Shown piece after piece: positions 1 to 12,997 of a DNA stretch of 60,621 nt. Made by a program: the position numbers and the translations under genes. Numbering within the stretch: position 1 is the stretch's first letter; every line of letters starts with the position of its first letter. Under the pieces are notes generated by a model. That model searched no databases and was not told where the DNA came from. It saw only the letters and a program-made list of their open reading frames with translations. This DNA is from Paramecium tetraurelia (Eukaryota), in assembly GCA_000165425.1 (NCBI GenBank), contig CT868319.1, positions 434,001 to 494,621 of the forward strand, in the 5' to 3' direction.

Positions 1-950
1 AAATGCATATCAGCAATCCATTTAAAAAAGCATTCCCATATAATAAATAACACAATTGCAATTTATTAGATAATCAGTTGATACTTAAACAGACCGAGCA
101 GAATTATAATCAGATACATCTTTCAAAAGAAATTCAGCGTAAATCTCATAAAGATAAAATTCGACATTTTCTTAATCTTACTTGACTACTCGAGAAGTAC
201 AAAAACAATGCGAATATAATTAAGCAAAACCCACCGATGATCTTCCATCAACAAGAGTGAATTTTCATCAACTTCATCAACACTATCTATCCACTTAATC
301 AGAATTGGGTACTTAGAACATATCTCAATAATTACCTTTGATATACAGATCTCCATAAAAGTGTGAGGGTAATATCAATTATAACTAAATGACTGAACAA
401 ATCAGAAACAAAGTGATATATGAATTAGATAAAAGAAACATAGAAAATAATTCATTTTCATAATAGCAATCTTAATCTAAGTCACTTTCTAGTTAAAAAA
501 TGATTAATTTATCGCTTAATAATTAAACTACATCCTTGACGGTTATACCATAACCAAAAAGTGAAGATGAGGATTCCTTTATAAAATTTATGTATCCATT
601 TATAACTGATATTCCCCTAGTTAAATGAATCTGGTCAATAAGAGCAAGGCGCATTTGGAAGAACAAGAAAATCGACCACCTTAATAGAGTCTTATGTAAT
701 ACAACTCAAACATTACAAAGACTAAATAACAACATTTAAAATAGTCCATAAGCAAATAAAGAATTTCAGAATCCTTAAATCAGAATAGTAAATTTCAAAA
801 TTATCGATAGGAGTAATAAAGAATAAAAGTTGTATCAAAGCAAATACAAATACGAATACTAAATCAAATGCACATTAAAGACTATATTAAGATGCATGTA
901 TGAGATAGGAGAGAAAATCTTTGGCTATTACTAAAAGATGCAGATATTGA
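1..950 (+). CDS. 3' part of hypothetical protein (runs off the window start)
   Basis: Code-6 frame after a probable 29-nt intron near 592-620 ends ...NAHQRLYQDACMRQERKSLAITKRCRY-TGA. A second frame stops at about 955, so the end is uncertain. Confidence 0.5.
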
Positions 951-1104
951 ATTGATATTTATATATAATACTACTACTATTTATTATTATTATGAATGAA
1001 TGAATTGATATAAGAGTTACTATTATTATTTATTTTCGAATTGAAATCATAGATATATAGTTTAATTGAAAATTAAGTGTAAAGACTTATTTATATTAAT
1101 AAAA

Positions 1105-2525
1105 TCATATGATATTCTCCATTTGAGATCTAACTGATTTAATAAATAAAGGATTGTCTAATTGTCTTCTATTGGCTGATAGCTATCTTTTGATTGGTTA
1201 CGATTATTTTAACTGTTAGGTTTTAATTTATTTATTATCAGAATTATCAAAGTGTTTTTAACTAAGTTATTTAGGCCTGGCTGAAAAGTGTTTTCCAATA
1301 GGAGGTAATTTATGATTTAAAATACTGTGTTCTTCTTCTTTTTGAATGACCCATTTTTTTGTTTCAGCAAGATGCAACGCCTTCTCCTCTGAAGAGAGAT
1401 TATTAAACAAGCCAACAAATTGAGGTTGATTATCGATGGGACACAAGTAACAATGTTCTTTCATTCTGTTAAGACAACCTTCATCTGCAATGTGACCGCA
1501 TTACAATAGTCTCAGTTACTTTGGTTTATGGCAGAAGGAACATTTGCTTTGTTTCTGGAATCCAGTGCCTACCAACATCAGTCCTCCAGTTTCATGATTA
1601 CCAGCATTTAAATTTTCAGGGAATATGAACATTAGCGATTCATACGAGCAATTGGCCTCAAATACGTATTTCTCAAGCCTCGTGTGTTTAAACATGAAGA
1701 TATGTTATTAATGGATCTTTTTACTATGACACTTATCACACAAATGATAATTGGGACATGAGATGCATGTATAGATTGTGCCGATGATAGGTGTTATTTT
1801 GCAATAACTACATATTTTGTTGTGAGTCTTGTGTAGGTTTTCAAATATCTTCTCTTCTTGTCTTATTTCAACCAAGGCAGTGTCACCCCAATCAACTCTA
1901 CACATGGGGCAATTTATCTTTTTGCCAGCTGTTTATTTTTGCATCACCCAGACTTTCATGCATTTGGCATGGAAATTGTTTCCACATTACTTTTTGCAAT
2001 GCACCAAGGCTTCATTACATAACAAAGTCTCTTGGCATATTGGACACATGTCATCTTCTGTTATTTATTATCGATTTTATTATTGATCTTCAGAATTAGT
2101 ATTATTTTACTATACTTATTGCTGTTATTATCTGATCACACTTATCTATTGTCTTGTTTTAGTCTGTTATGATTTGGTTTTATATTATCCATTTAAAATA
2201 TTTGTGATATCATATTGAGAATATTATTGTTACCATAGAATTGGGCATTTTTCATCCACTTGAAACACTTTTAATAACGCATGGATTGTATGAATGCAAT
2301 GCTGGTTATTCTAATTGCAAGAACAGATCATAGTAGTCGATAATTCTACTTTAAATTTATTTCCATCCTCATCGCAATACTTTAAACTAGTTGGCCCAAT
2401 TCTCTTCAATAAATATAACCTGGTTTATTTGGCTTACTCTATCAAATCTAATATTATCTGAGGAGCACTAAAAGTTGTTAAATCATTTACTTTTTAGATG
2501 TTTTCACTTTTGTTTGATTTTTCAT
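1105..2525 (-). CDS. ZSWIM2: ZSWIM2/MEX-like E3 ubiquitin ligase (SWIM, RING, ZZ, RING)
   Basis: N-terminus RLYLLKRIGPT...CSC...HCIH (SWIM). Then TCPIC...CP(M)CRVDWG (RING), CSYC...CISCPNYHLCDKC (ZZ), and a second RING ending HCYLCPID. TGA at 1105-1107. Confidence 0.85.
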
Positions 2526-2688
2526 TTTATATTAAATAATGCTTAATCAAATACGATTAATATAACTGATTTTTTATTATTTTGAACTCTTTTCCATTGA
2601 AAGTATGATGTCAAATAATGAATACTCAGTAGTATTATTTTACAATTGATATTCTGAATAATACAGAGAATGAGATCCTATTATAATC

Positions 2689-2748
2689 TTTGTTAAATAT
2701 CTTGATTCTAAAATTATATTTAATTTTAGAATCAAGATATTTAACAAA
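2689..2748. repeat. Perfect 28-bp inverted repeat with 4-nt loop
   Basis: TTTGTTAAATATCTTGATTCTAAAATTA (2689-2716), loop TATT, exact reverse complement at 2721-2748. Confidence 0.95.
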
Positions 2749-2891
2749 TACTATTTTTTGTAAAATGTATAAAGTAATTCTTTATATAAAATAAATTCCA
2801 TACTTTTTTTAAAATTATAAAATATTCAAAATATATTCAGGACTTTGATTTGTTAGAAAGGAGCGATGACTTAGAAATTAAAATTAATTTT

Positions 2892-3607
2892 ATGAAAGAA
2901 GACGATTCTGCAATTTAGTAAAACAAGATTGATGAATTAATCAAAGAGTAAAAATACTCTGCACTCATCTAATTGATTTCTAGGAAAGATCCACAAAGGT
3001 CAACCAATTTATATATTTTAGACTTAAACAATATAGTTGCATAAAAATTAAGAATTAAATCTTCAGATTGAAATAGGATGTTGCTGTCTGTGCCAATAAT
3101 AACGATATTTACTACGGAAAGCTAATTAAGATCTACTGCATTAAGGATGTAAATGATTAGCATGTTCCAGTAATCTAAGTTCAATGGTAATTGTTTATTC
3201 ATCATATTAATTGTAGGTATTACACCAAATAGGATTTAAATTTGGATAAAAAGTCAATGAGGAGTATTTCAATTAAAGAATTGTTCTTCTCAACTCATGT
3301 GGAATTTTTAGCTGCTAATAAATTATAATGTCCAATAGAAGTGATGACATTTGATCAGTATACACAATTAGAATATGGAGAAGAAACTAAATTCTTCAGT
3401 AGAGCAGCCATTGATCTTAAAACAATGGAACCTATGCCTAGAGTCAGTGAATGGCAAAAATCATGTGTTTGTAGAATGCCTCAGAACCCAGACATACAAG
3501 TGATTCAATGTGAAACATGTGACGAATGGTTTCATTTAGACTGTGTTAATCTTAAGTCAGAAGAAGCTGAATAAATTGAAAACTATAAGTGTCCAGGTTG
3601 TTAATGA
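2892..3607 (+). CDS. BAH-PHD chromatin reader (EBS/SHL-like architecture)
   Basis: BAH motifs IYYGKL..VQWYY..KELFFSTH, then PHD CVCRMPQNPD..QCETCDEWFHLDCV..YKCPGC. Two short introns. TGA at 3605-3607. Confidence 0.88.
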
Positions 3608-4317
3608 GACTTCGATCTTAATATGATTAATTATTCATCGGATTTTTAAAATAAACCCTTTTCAATCTTGCTTGTCTAATATTTTAAAATTTTAATTTTC
3701 ACTTAAAATTGTCATACTTGATTAGCAATAACTTTCTATTATTATTTCTTCAAATATCACTCTATTATCAAACAGGTGATTGATCTAATCTAACATAATT
3801 TTGAAATTAATAATATTTTGACAACTAGTATTTATTCAAAATGGAATTTAATTCTTGACAATCTATTAACTCTTATCAGTATTGAAATCACACTTTGCTA
3901 TTCCTTTTAGTTAAAGGAATGATATAAACACTCAAAAATTCTAATATTATTCAAGTATAGAAAAAAGCAATAGTTCTATGAAATCCATCTTAAATTACTC
4001 AAAACTACATGAGAATTGATTATTGTTATTCTAAGCTTCAAAAAATGTATATAAGAATTTATCCGCTGTTATTAAGCTATACTTTAAGTTAAGGAAATAT
4101 ATCTTTAAGAAATAATTGCCAGATTTGAAATTGGGTTAGTATTGTCTATAGATATAATTATCTAATTTCCTTTATTTAATTATCATATTCTTTAGATAAT
4201 GAATTACTGATTGGATGCGAAATATATGATAAAATTTTTGTTATTTCTCTTAGATGTAGTTTAAATTTAAAATATAGATATAAATGTTTAAGTTATAGTT
4301 TATAGATAAATGAATCA

Positions 4318-5246
4318 TCATTTTATATAGTAGTTTTCTTCATCCCCTTTCTTCATTGAGGAGCTCATCATTTTAGAAGAATTCATTCTGGACTATTACA
4401 TAATTGATTAGTTCTTCATAGTTTTATCAAGTCTTGTAATCTCCTAGTTTTATTAACTAGTCAATTCCTTTCTAACATTCTAATATTTTTAGAGTAATCT
4501 AATATTCTATATACATATAATATACTTCTCCAATTCTTATGATCTAATCTTCCTTTATTCTTCTTATCCAGATATAATTCTTTGTTACAAAGCAGCTAAT
4601 TCATTGGTTTGTTTTAACTTAAGTTAAGAGATTAGATTTCTGATTTTGCTGGTTCTTGAAGCATTCCATTTTTCATATTCATCTCTCTCCATAGCAAGTA
4701 TTCTTTATTGGGTGAGATGAGCTTCTTAATAACTATTTGTTTAATTGAATTTGATACTTCTCTTGTCTGGCTAATGACTCTTCAGTCTTCCTCAAACTGA
4801 GTAATTCTGCAGAGTCTTTGGGTTTGACTGGAATAGAGTTCTCTAACTCATCAGTAAATTGCTTTAACTCTTCATCGTGTCTTTATAAGACTTGTTCTTT
4901 AACTCTTTGAGCTTCTTAATCAAATTCAGCCATTTTTTAATCCCAGAATTCGTTAAATTGATTAAACTCATCAAGATGGGCTTTTTCAATCTCCTATTTT
5001 TCATTAGTATGTCTGTCCTTGACTTCATATTTATTCTTCTGATCCAATTCTTTTTTCAACTCAGCAAGTCTCTTTTTTGCTTGATCAGCTTCCAAATATT
5101 TCCCAGCCTTCTCGCAGCTCTTCTGATGTTCATACAAGATTTGTCTATGATGAATTATAAGAATGCTACATGTATTCTTCGATGTCTCCTGTTTAGACTG
5201 GAAGATTGTTGGTTCCCTTTCTAGCAGTTGATCTTGAGTTATTCAT
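4318..5246 (-). CDS. Coiled-coil protein
   Basis: MNNSRSTARK...HQKSCEKAGKYLEADQAKKRL...EFNQFNEFWDQKM; three short introns; E/K/Q-rich heptads. Confidence 0.8.
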
Positions 5247-5326
5247 AATTTTTATTTAATCTGTTAATTAATTAAATAGTTATAAATCTTATCCAATTAT
5301 AAATATATTTATCTGTTATAATAATA

Positions 5327-6136
5327 ATGTATTATAGCAACAGCTAAACTTCCTTAATCAAGTCTCCGTATGGCTAAATCATTACGAAAACTCCACTTGT
5401 ACGATAAAATCGACCCTAAGAAAAACTGAACGATCAATCAATTGTGTCTCAATATCAATCTCCCACACTCAGACAGGCCATGTCTCCAAAGGCAGCCAGA
5501 GAATACTTAAATAGTTTAAAGAGCTTCATAAATCAATACGAATCAAAGCCAATAAATGAAAGTAGGATTGCCACTCAATCGAGTCATCAATCGATTCTCT
5601 AATAGCCATACCTATACTTTCCTATAGCGAATAGACTGAATGATGAGATCAAGTTGATGACTCCCCAAAGGATTGAAGTCAAGAAACTAAATCAAGATGG
5701 AACCGTGCACTCTCTTAAATATTATTACTTGAAGCAACCAGTGTTGAGCAGTTCGAACGATGTTCCCCCTTAGAAACAAACCACAATAGTGGGATTGAAT
5801 CATAGTGGCAAATATAAATTGTTCTTAGAACTCATTAAGAAAGTTATGCCCAAACAATTTAAATTATTCATCCAAACAGATCAAGTGGACAAATAACTCA
5901 ACATTCAAGTGAATGACGATCTAAAATCAACAATCAAAAGTTTCAAGACTGGATCGAAGAATTATTAATTAATTGCCCAGAGTGACTAACACGTAATTGT
6001 ATGTCGAGGACTCCAGGGATTCATTAGAGATAAAAAAGATAAAGGCATTCTCATTTTGTGCATTAAACCTGGCAAGGAAGCAAAATTGGATTGTGTCCAA
6101 ACTCTTAAATTGATAGAAAATATATAAAAAAATTGA
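5327..6136 (+). CDS. Hypothetical protein with degenerate P-loop/kinesin-like motifs
   Basis: Intronless 269-aa code-6 ORF containing IVGLNHSGKY and ILCIKP...CVQTLKLI. Confidence 0.7.
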
Positions 6137-6165
6137 TCTTATATGTAATATTTATTTCAATATAA

Positions 6166-7128
6166 ATGGGTACTTGCTAAGTGAAATTTTGCAGATGCAT
6201 CTGCCAAGAAGGCAGACTTGGTTGCTAATGCGGTAGTCAAAATACCATAATGCTTGAGGAACAATCGAGGGAGATTAGGAGAAGAAGAATTACTTCGGAT
6301 TAAATGGTAAACAATATCAACTCACACAAATAGAGAAGATCCAATCGTTTTGAAAATCAGAAAAGTAGGGCTGGGTCACCTGCTTAATCTAATTCCAGTG
6401 GTTCTTAAAATAAAACCAAATTCTCCACCTATCGCAAAGCTACTAATAAATCTCCAAACTCAGTCGAAAGATATTTGATGTCCCAAGAATGCAACATACC
6501 TACAGACCATAGTTAATAAGACAATAAACGCAAACCAAAAATTAGAGATCAAGCTTTTAAGATAGGATAGATTTATTTCAAAAAAGAGGATTATGACTTT
6601 TAATTCCAGGAAGCCACCGAAAAAGTACTCAATACTAATGATAACAAAATGGAATCACCTCATTTTCAAAATTCAAAGAAGAATCTAGAAAATAAACAAA
6701 GTCTGGATTAAATTCAGTCAATCTAAGATCCTAGTGCTTCTATGAAGACACCTACAACTACTGCTCTAGATGCGACAAATAATCGAACCATGTCTAATCC
6801 ATTATTAAATCAACACCCTTCGATCTCCAAAGAGAGTTCTCCTACCAAAATCTCACATCCCATAACCTAAGTCAGTATTGGACCTATTTCGAATAAGCAG
6901 TCCTTGTCTGTGATTACAGATTAACAATAATTAAAAAATAGATCACGTACTGCTGATCTATTCGACGACTAAAAGAGTGTTACCATAAGAAGCGTATTAA
7001 AAAAAAAATAAAAAAATAATGATTCATTCAGAACTTAACAATAAGAATCCAGAAAAGTTAGATTCGACTTACCTAATTCACATTATATAAGAGAAAGACA
7101 ACGATAACAACCACGACTATATTAATGA
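6166..7128 (+). CDS. Hypothetical low-complexity protein with N-terminal MGxC and C-terminal SVLK/KVRF motifs
   Basis: Intronless ORF MGTCQVKFCRCIC...RSVLKKK...RKVRFDL...TGA. Confidence 0.7.
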
Positions 7129-7250
7129 TTTTTATTTGTATTGATTAAATTGTCTATAACTAAAAAACGAATTTGATGATTTTCCTTCCAATCCATTCTT
7201 GTACATTTTAAAAAAACTTAATTAAAATAAATAAATAATACAAATTAATT

Positions 7251-8023
7251 TCATTACATATTTCCAGGAATCACAAAAATGTTTGTCAACCTATTAAAAG
7301 TTCAAGTCTAATTTATAAATTCTTGAAGAATTCTGTATAAATAAATTTATCATCTTTATTAACATCCCTGTATATTAAATTCTAAAAGATAAGTTTATAT
7401 GCCGATAAAAGAATATCCAAAATTTGTATTACTTATTTTATGACTGAAACTTTGGTAGCATAATAATCTTCCATACTTCTTTAATATATTTAGGGCTTAA
7501 ATTGAGTGTTGAACAAAATATTTTATTATATCAAACCATTCTCTTAGATTCTATTCTATTTTAATTAATCTCAACTCCTTCTTATTCAGTCTATAAAATT
7601 GTTTATAAATTTAAGGATTTTGATTTTCAGAGAGAATCAGCATAAATTTTGATTAATTGTAGAGTGATCTTACTTTCTAAGAAGATTCATGATTAACTTA
7701 GATATCATTATTTAAGCCTAGCTCCTCTGATTATTCCTGTCTTGAAACTAGAAAGCGGAAATTTAAATCTTAATTCCATAAACCTCAGCAGTTAAGCTCT
7801 CTATTAAGTTTTAAATTCAGATATTGGTTATTTTACATCTTAGGGATTGGATCTTAAACATATAAGAGCATTAAAAATGAATAGGCGTTACGGATAATTA
7901 TTGCATTTTTTACTTTTAATTAATTATTATTATTTTTTTCACTCTCATAATTGGGTTATTTTATTTTTATTTTGATGGAGATATTATTATTAATGATGGT
8001 CTGTTAATTAAGTCAATGATCAT
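7251..8023 (-). pseudogene. Hypothetical gene or pseudogene, frame not cleanly recoverable
   Basis: Coding-like stretches in several frames with in-frame TGAs. No consistent intron model found. Confidence 0.3.
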
Positions 8024-8228
8024 ATTAATTTAACATTATTTAGGATTCTTATGAAATTTTTATCGTACCTCATAAATTTAGAGTTATATTAATATTAATA
8101 GATTGAAAGACTTCTTAGTATTATCTCAAGTAATTAGACAATTGATTCATACAAATGATATAATTATAAATTAAGATGGCAAATAAAATTCAGATAATTT
8201 GATAGAATTATTATTAATTAGTAATGAA

Positions 8229-8868
8229 TCATTCTCGTTGTCCTTTTATTTTGACTGATTGTAGTCTTCTTCTTTGCAATCTCAATTACACTTGATCTTC
8301 TTATTCTTGTAATGCCCTAAGTAATATGAATATTAGAACTTGTTATGGATTCTTGTAACTCTCTGTGATTCGTAGCCATGAAATTCAAGAAGTTGATTCA
8401 CTTGCAACTTCTAATCTTGTTCTTTAATGTATTTGAGTTGATTTTCGAGCTCTTATTATTTTTAGGATTTTGAAGGAATATTGACTTTTGGAGATGGGGG
8501 AGGGAGGATGTCGTGACCTTAAACATGTTTGGATTTCTTTAATGCAGTTTCGTGTTTTAATTCTTCATATGCAACATTCATGCATTGATTGACAGTTCCT
8601 CTCATCAATAACTATTAGGTTTTGTTTTTGAAAATCAAAAACTTATTGCTTTTAATGGATTCGAAATATTCTACTCCGATCTATTTCGATATATGAATAG
8701 TACTCGATACAATTCTAGCAATTGATTGACGACCTCTATAGTGACATTATTGCATTCCACTTCCATTTCCAAATATAAAATATTTTCGGCAAAGAATGGA
8801 GGCAGAGCTTAGGAATGCTCCCACAACAAGGACTTCTGAGTATCTTATTGGTCGTGCCTTGTATTCAT
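8229..8868 (-). CDS. Hypothetical protein
   Basis: MNTRHDQ...LPPFFAENILYLEME...VNQLLELYR/IGVEYFES...RLQRRRLQS. Needs 2-3 short introns, one of them uncertain. Confidence 0.65.
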
Positions 8869-8910
8869 ATAATTTAAACAAATTATTAAATTTTGATTGT
8901 TATTTATACT

Positions 8911-9369
8911 CAATGCATTCTGCATACCCCTGGTATGACAGTTTTGTTTTTAAATTAGACCACATAAGCAAATTGCCCTTGGAGCAATTGAATTTTCCAA
9001 AACTTGTCCTCCTATACCTGCTTCTGCATTTCCTCATAAGAGAGTTGTTTAAAGATTTCCTCCATCAATAAGTTGGAATCCTTGGGTTTCCACGATCCCA
9101 ACAAAGTAGTAATATGAGAATGCTTTTAAACATCTTGATATCATACATACTTTATTAGTCAAAGGTATTTAATAATTGTGATTCGAAATGGCTGTCACAA
9201 TGTTGTTGGGACTAATGGCAATACCATCAATAACCAGTTCTTGCTCCAAGTCCTCCTTGAAGTCAGTGAATGCTTGCAATTTAAAGTTTTTTTAATTGTT
9301 GCCCACAAAGAGAGATGTTAGGTGAATGCTAGGAGGAAATTTGTAAATCTGTTTTAGTTGTTTCAGCAT
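8911..9369 (-). CDS. Hypothetical protein
   Basis: MLKQLKQIYKFPPS..., one 28-nt intron, ends VIPGVCRMH-TGA. Confidence 0.65.
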
Positions 9370-9761
9370 ATTTTATAACTCTTAATCGTTCTGATATTGC
9401 TAGTTTAATAACTAAAGTGCATATTAAGTGAGATTGAATAGGCATTCTTAGGCCATTTATTGATCCTTGGCAAATATTCCTATAAATTGAATATTCTTTT
9501 ATTTCATATTTATTAATATTAATAAGAATATCGAAAATTAAATTGATATGTCATGCACAATTGGAAACACTTGTTAATGAGATTGAAATTGATGTTCAAA
9601 TTGATTTTGTTGTGAATGGATGAGAAATGATTAATAGAATAATTTAAAAAAGATAGTGTGATGAAATAAGGAAAAGAGGGTGGTTTAAATATTATTATTA
9701 AGATCTTGTATGATTTAAGTGGAACTGTTAATTATTATTAAATGATTCACAATAAATTAAA

Positions 9762-12700
9762 ATGAATACTATAAATGTTATGAGCCTCTTTATGTTGATT
9801 TAAATATTGGTCTCCTCTCAATATATTTCAATAGGAGATCAATGCAAATGCTCGGATCTTTCAACTGAATTGGATTGCAATTTAAGAGGAACCTGCCGAT
9901 GGAATTCTGTCTAAATGTCCTGTTTGGAGTCGAATCAGTTTTAGTCTACCATAGTGTCCACAAGTCCTCTGAAGTAAGTGGAAGCAAAGTCAAGTTCATT
10001 ATACTGCGATCACTTTAGTCAGATAGAATGTCCTAATTAGAATGGATGTGCTTGGTTTGAAAACAAATGCTTAATGTTCACAGGATGCACTTCATATGTG
10101 AAAACCAGCGATGAGGATTGTAAAAAGATATCTAAGGAATGCTTTTCGGATGGTTAAAGATGTGTTGAATTGGATGAATGTAATACCTACACCTACCAAA
10201 AATCATGTGTCATAAGTAAGAAGGGGAAATACTGCTATTGGAATACTCAAAACAGGAGGTGCGAATAGGTTAAGGAATGTAATGATCTTCCAAAATTCTT
10301 GATTAGTGATTCAGAGTGCAGAACCTAACTTTAATTTTGTATTAACATTAGACTTATTTATAAGGTACAACAAAGTTAGGAGGAGGATGCGTGGAATCAG
10401 GGAGTTGTGCTGATGCAGTGAGTGCCGTATCTTGTGTTAGCGATAGACAACAAGGCATGGAATGCTTTTGGGCTGAAGGCAAATGTAGAGACAAAACATG
10501 TGAAAATGCCTTAACATCCCTAAAGACAGATGCACAATGTAAGGAGTTCTTGTCACATTGTACAACCAAGTCTAATGGTGGTTGCACACTGAGGTTGAGA
10601 TGTAGTGATGCTCAGATTGAAGATGCATGTATCAAGGATACTAATGGAAATGATTGCTTTTGGACTGGGGATTAATGTAAAGAGAAATTATGTGAGAATG
10701 CTCCACCTTCTTATGTCACTAATCTCCAGTGTTCATATCTATCTAGCAATTGTATCACAAATGGACAAGGATGCACCACAAATCATGGATGCACATCAGC
10801 TTTGAAGGAAGAATTCTGTGACAAGGATGCAGAAGGAAATCCATGTATTTGGAGTGGAGTCTTTTGTACTCAGAAGAAATGTGAAGATTCAAATTTTAAA
10901 GGGGATGAACTATGCTCTACCTATATGAGTAATTGTATTGGAAAACCAGATGATCAAGTTGGATGCAGAACAAAGACATGTGAAACAGCTGCAAGTGATT
11001 TGACTACTAATGAAGATTGTGAAAAATACTTACCTAAATCAAATTGTATTGCTAAAAAATCAGGAGGTTGTACAATCAATACTAGGTGTAATGCCATTGA
11101 TTTTGAAGGAGCATGTATTAAAGATTCCTAAGGTAATAAATGCTATTGGAATGAGAATGAATAGAAATGCTTAACAGTAACTACTTGTCCTTAGATTACT
11201 ATCGAATCAAAATGTATTGCAGATTAATTTGGATAGCCTTGTCAATGGGTCGATCAATTTATGAATAATATCAAAGCACAATGTGTAAATAAGTCTTGTT
11301 CATCTGGTCCAATGTATCTAAAATCTGAGAAAGAATGCAATGAATATTTCAAATCTAATAACTTACAATGTACTCTAAAAAAAGGAGGTGGTTGTAGAGA
11401 AAAAAGTGCTTGTCAAGATGTCGATGTAATTGATGGTTGTACCACAGATAAAGATGGAAACACCTGTCTTTGGGATCAAACGTCATCCAAATGCAGAAGG
11501 TAAGTATGCTCAGACTTTACAGAATTAACTTACTTTGGGTGTTCAAAAAAGAGAGCAGATTGCACTATAGGTTTTGGTGGATAATGTGCAGAATTATAAG
11601 AATGCTCATCATATTTAAATAAGATGTCTTGTGTAAAAGGCACTGATGGTGTGTGTTTATGGATAGAACACTTTAAGGATGGAAAGGGTGCTTGTTTTTA
11701 ATTTGATTCTTGTCAAAGTCTTAAATGGTAGACTGATGCAGAGTGTAAATTAGCATCCAGTAGCTGTACTACTGATGGAGAGTAGTGTGTACCAATAACT
11801 GAATGTAGAAGCACAAATGTGAATGGAGGATGTGTCACAGGAACAGATGGGGAATGCATTCAAACTGTATCTTCATTGCATTCTACTGAATCCAAAACAT
11901 GTTCTAAATTCATCAACTGTAGCACTGCCTATTATTTGACGCATGAAGAATGTTAATAGGCTCACTCTTTTTGTACAACCAATGGTGAAACAGGATGCAG
12001 AGATTTAACATCATGTGAGCATTACACTGTTAAAGAATCCTGTCATCTTAATAATAAGGGAATATAATTTGATGATTAGGGTTCCTTAATTTCAACTGGT
12101 AAATGCGCATGGGATGAATCAAACTAAAATTGTAGAGAATAAGTGTGTTCTGATCTTGTATTCAAAAGTGAAGATGAATGTTCACAAATATTATCAAATT
12201 GTACATCAGATGGAGAGAAATGTGTTGAGAAGCAGAGTTGCTAGATGTATATTGATGAAAGTACATGCAATTCAAGAAATGGAATTGATGGACCTTGTTT
12301 ATGGAATGAGGGAACTTGTCGTATCAAACAATGTCAAGAAATACAACAAGGCACTAATTAAAACACATGCAGTTAAATTAAGGATTGCATTTCCGATGGT
12401 GAAAAGTGTGTACTCAAAGACAAATGTGCCAAGTATAACACTAAAGTAGCATGTAATATTTCAGGAGTTGATGGTATTTGTGTCTGGAATGAGAGTTCAA
12501 AGACATGTTCAGTTATGAATTCTTGTAATGAGGCAAATACTGATGAAAGTGCATGCAATTCAGCTAATGATAGGTGTCTTTGGAATTCCTCATAGAATGA
12601 GTAATCTCGTTGCTCCGAACATACTTGTTTGTCCTATTCTCTCTAGAGTGGCCAATGCCAATATTTCAAGACTTGGAACAATGACAAATATCACATTTGC

Positions 12701-12937
12701 AAAATGATTCAAGGTAAATGCTCCTAAATTGATGCAACTACTTTGACTGCTGAAGAATGTTATACTTATTCTTTTTATACCTATTCTTGGAGTCCTCTCA
12801 GTAACAGATGTATGTAGTGTTCCAGAATCTTGGAGAATGGGTCCAATAATGCGAATTCCACGAATTCAAATAAGACAATATATTAATATATATTGGGATC
12901 CATAACGGGATTCTTTGCCTTTGCAGCAGTTTTATGA
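9762..12937 (+). CDS. Cys-rich surface-antigen-like protein (Paramecium SA-type repeats), about 1050 aa
   Basis: Signal-peptide-like start, periodic CxW/CTT/GGC Cys repeats, one intron 10339-10364, hydrophobic C-terminus ILGSITGFFAFAAVL (GPI-signal-like). Confidence 0.9.
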
Positions 12938-12997
12938 GTAATGAATAATTATAACATACAACCCAATAAAATTTAGATTCTATAATTATAATTAAAA

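Noticed and set aside
960..1040. Short (TA)n, (CTA)n, (TTA)n and (TGAA)n runs
   Set aside because: Ordinary low-complexity sequence between convergent 3' ends.
3660..4310. Possible gene between BAH-PHD and the coiled-coil gene
   Set aside because: Only interrupted frames and no recognisable motif; may be a decayed duplicate.
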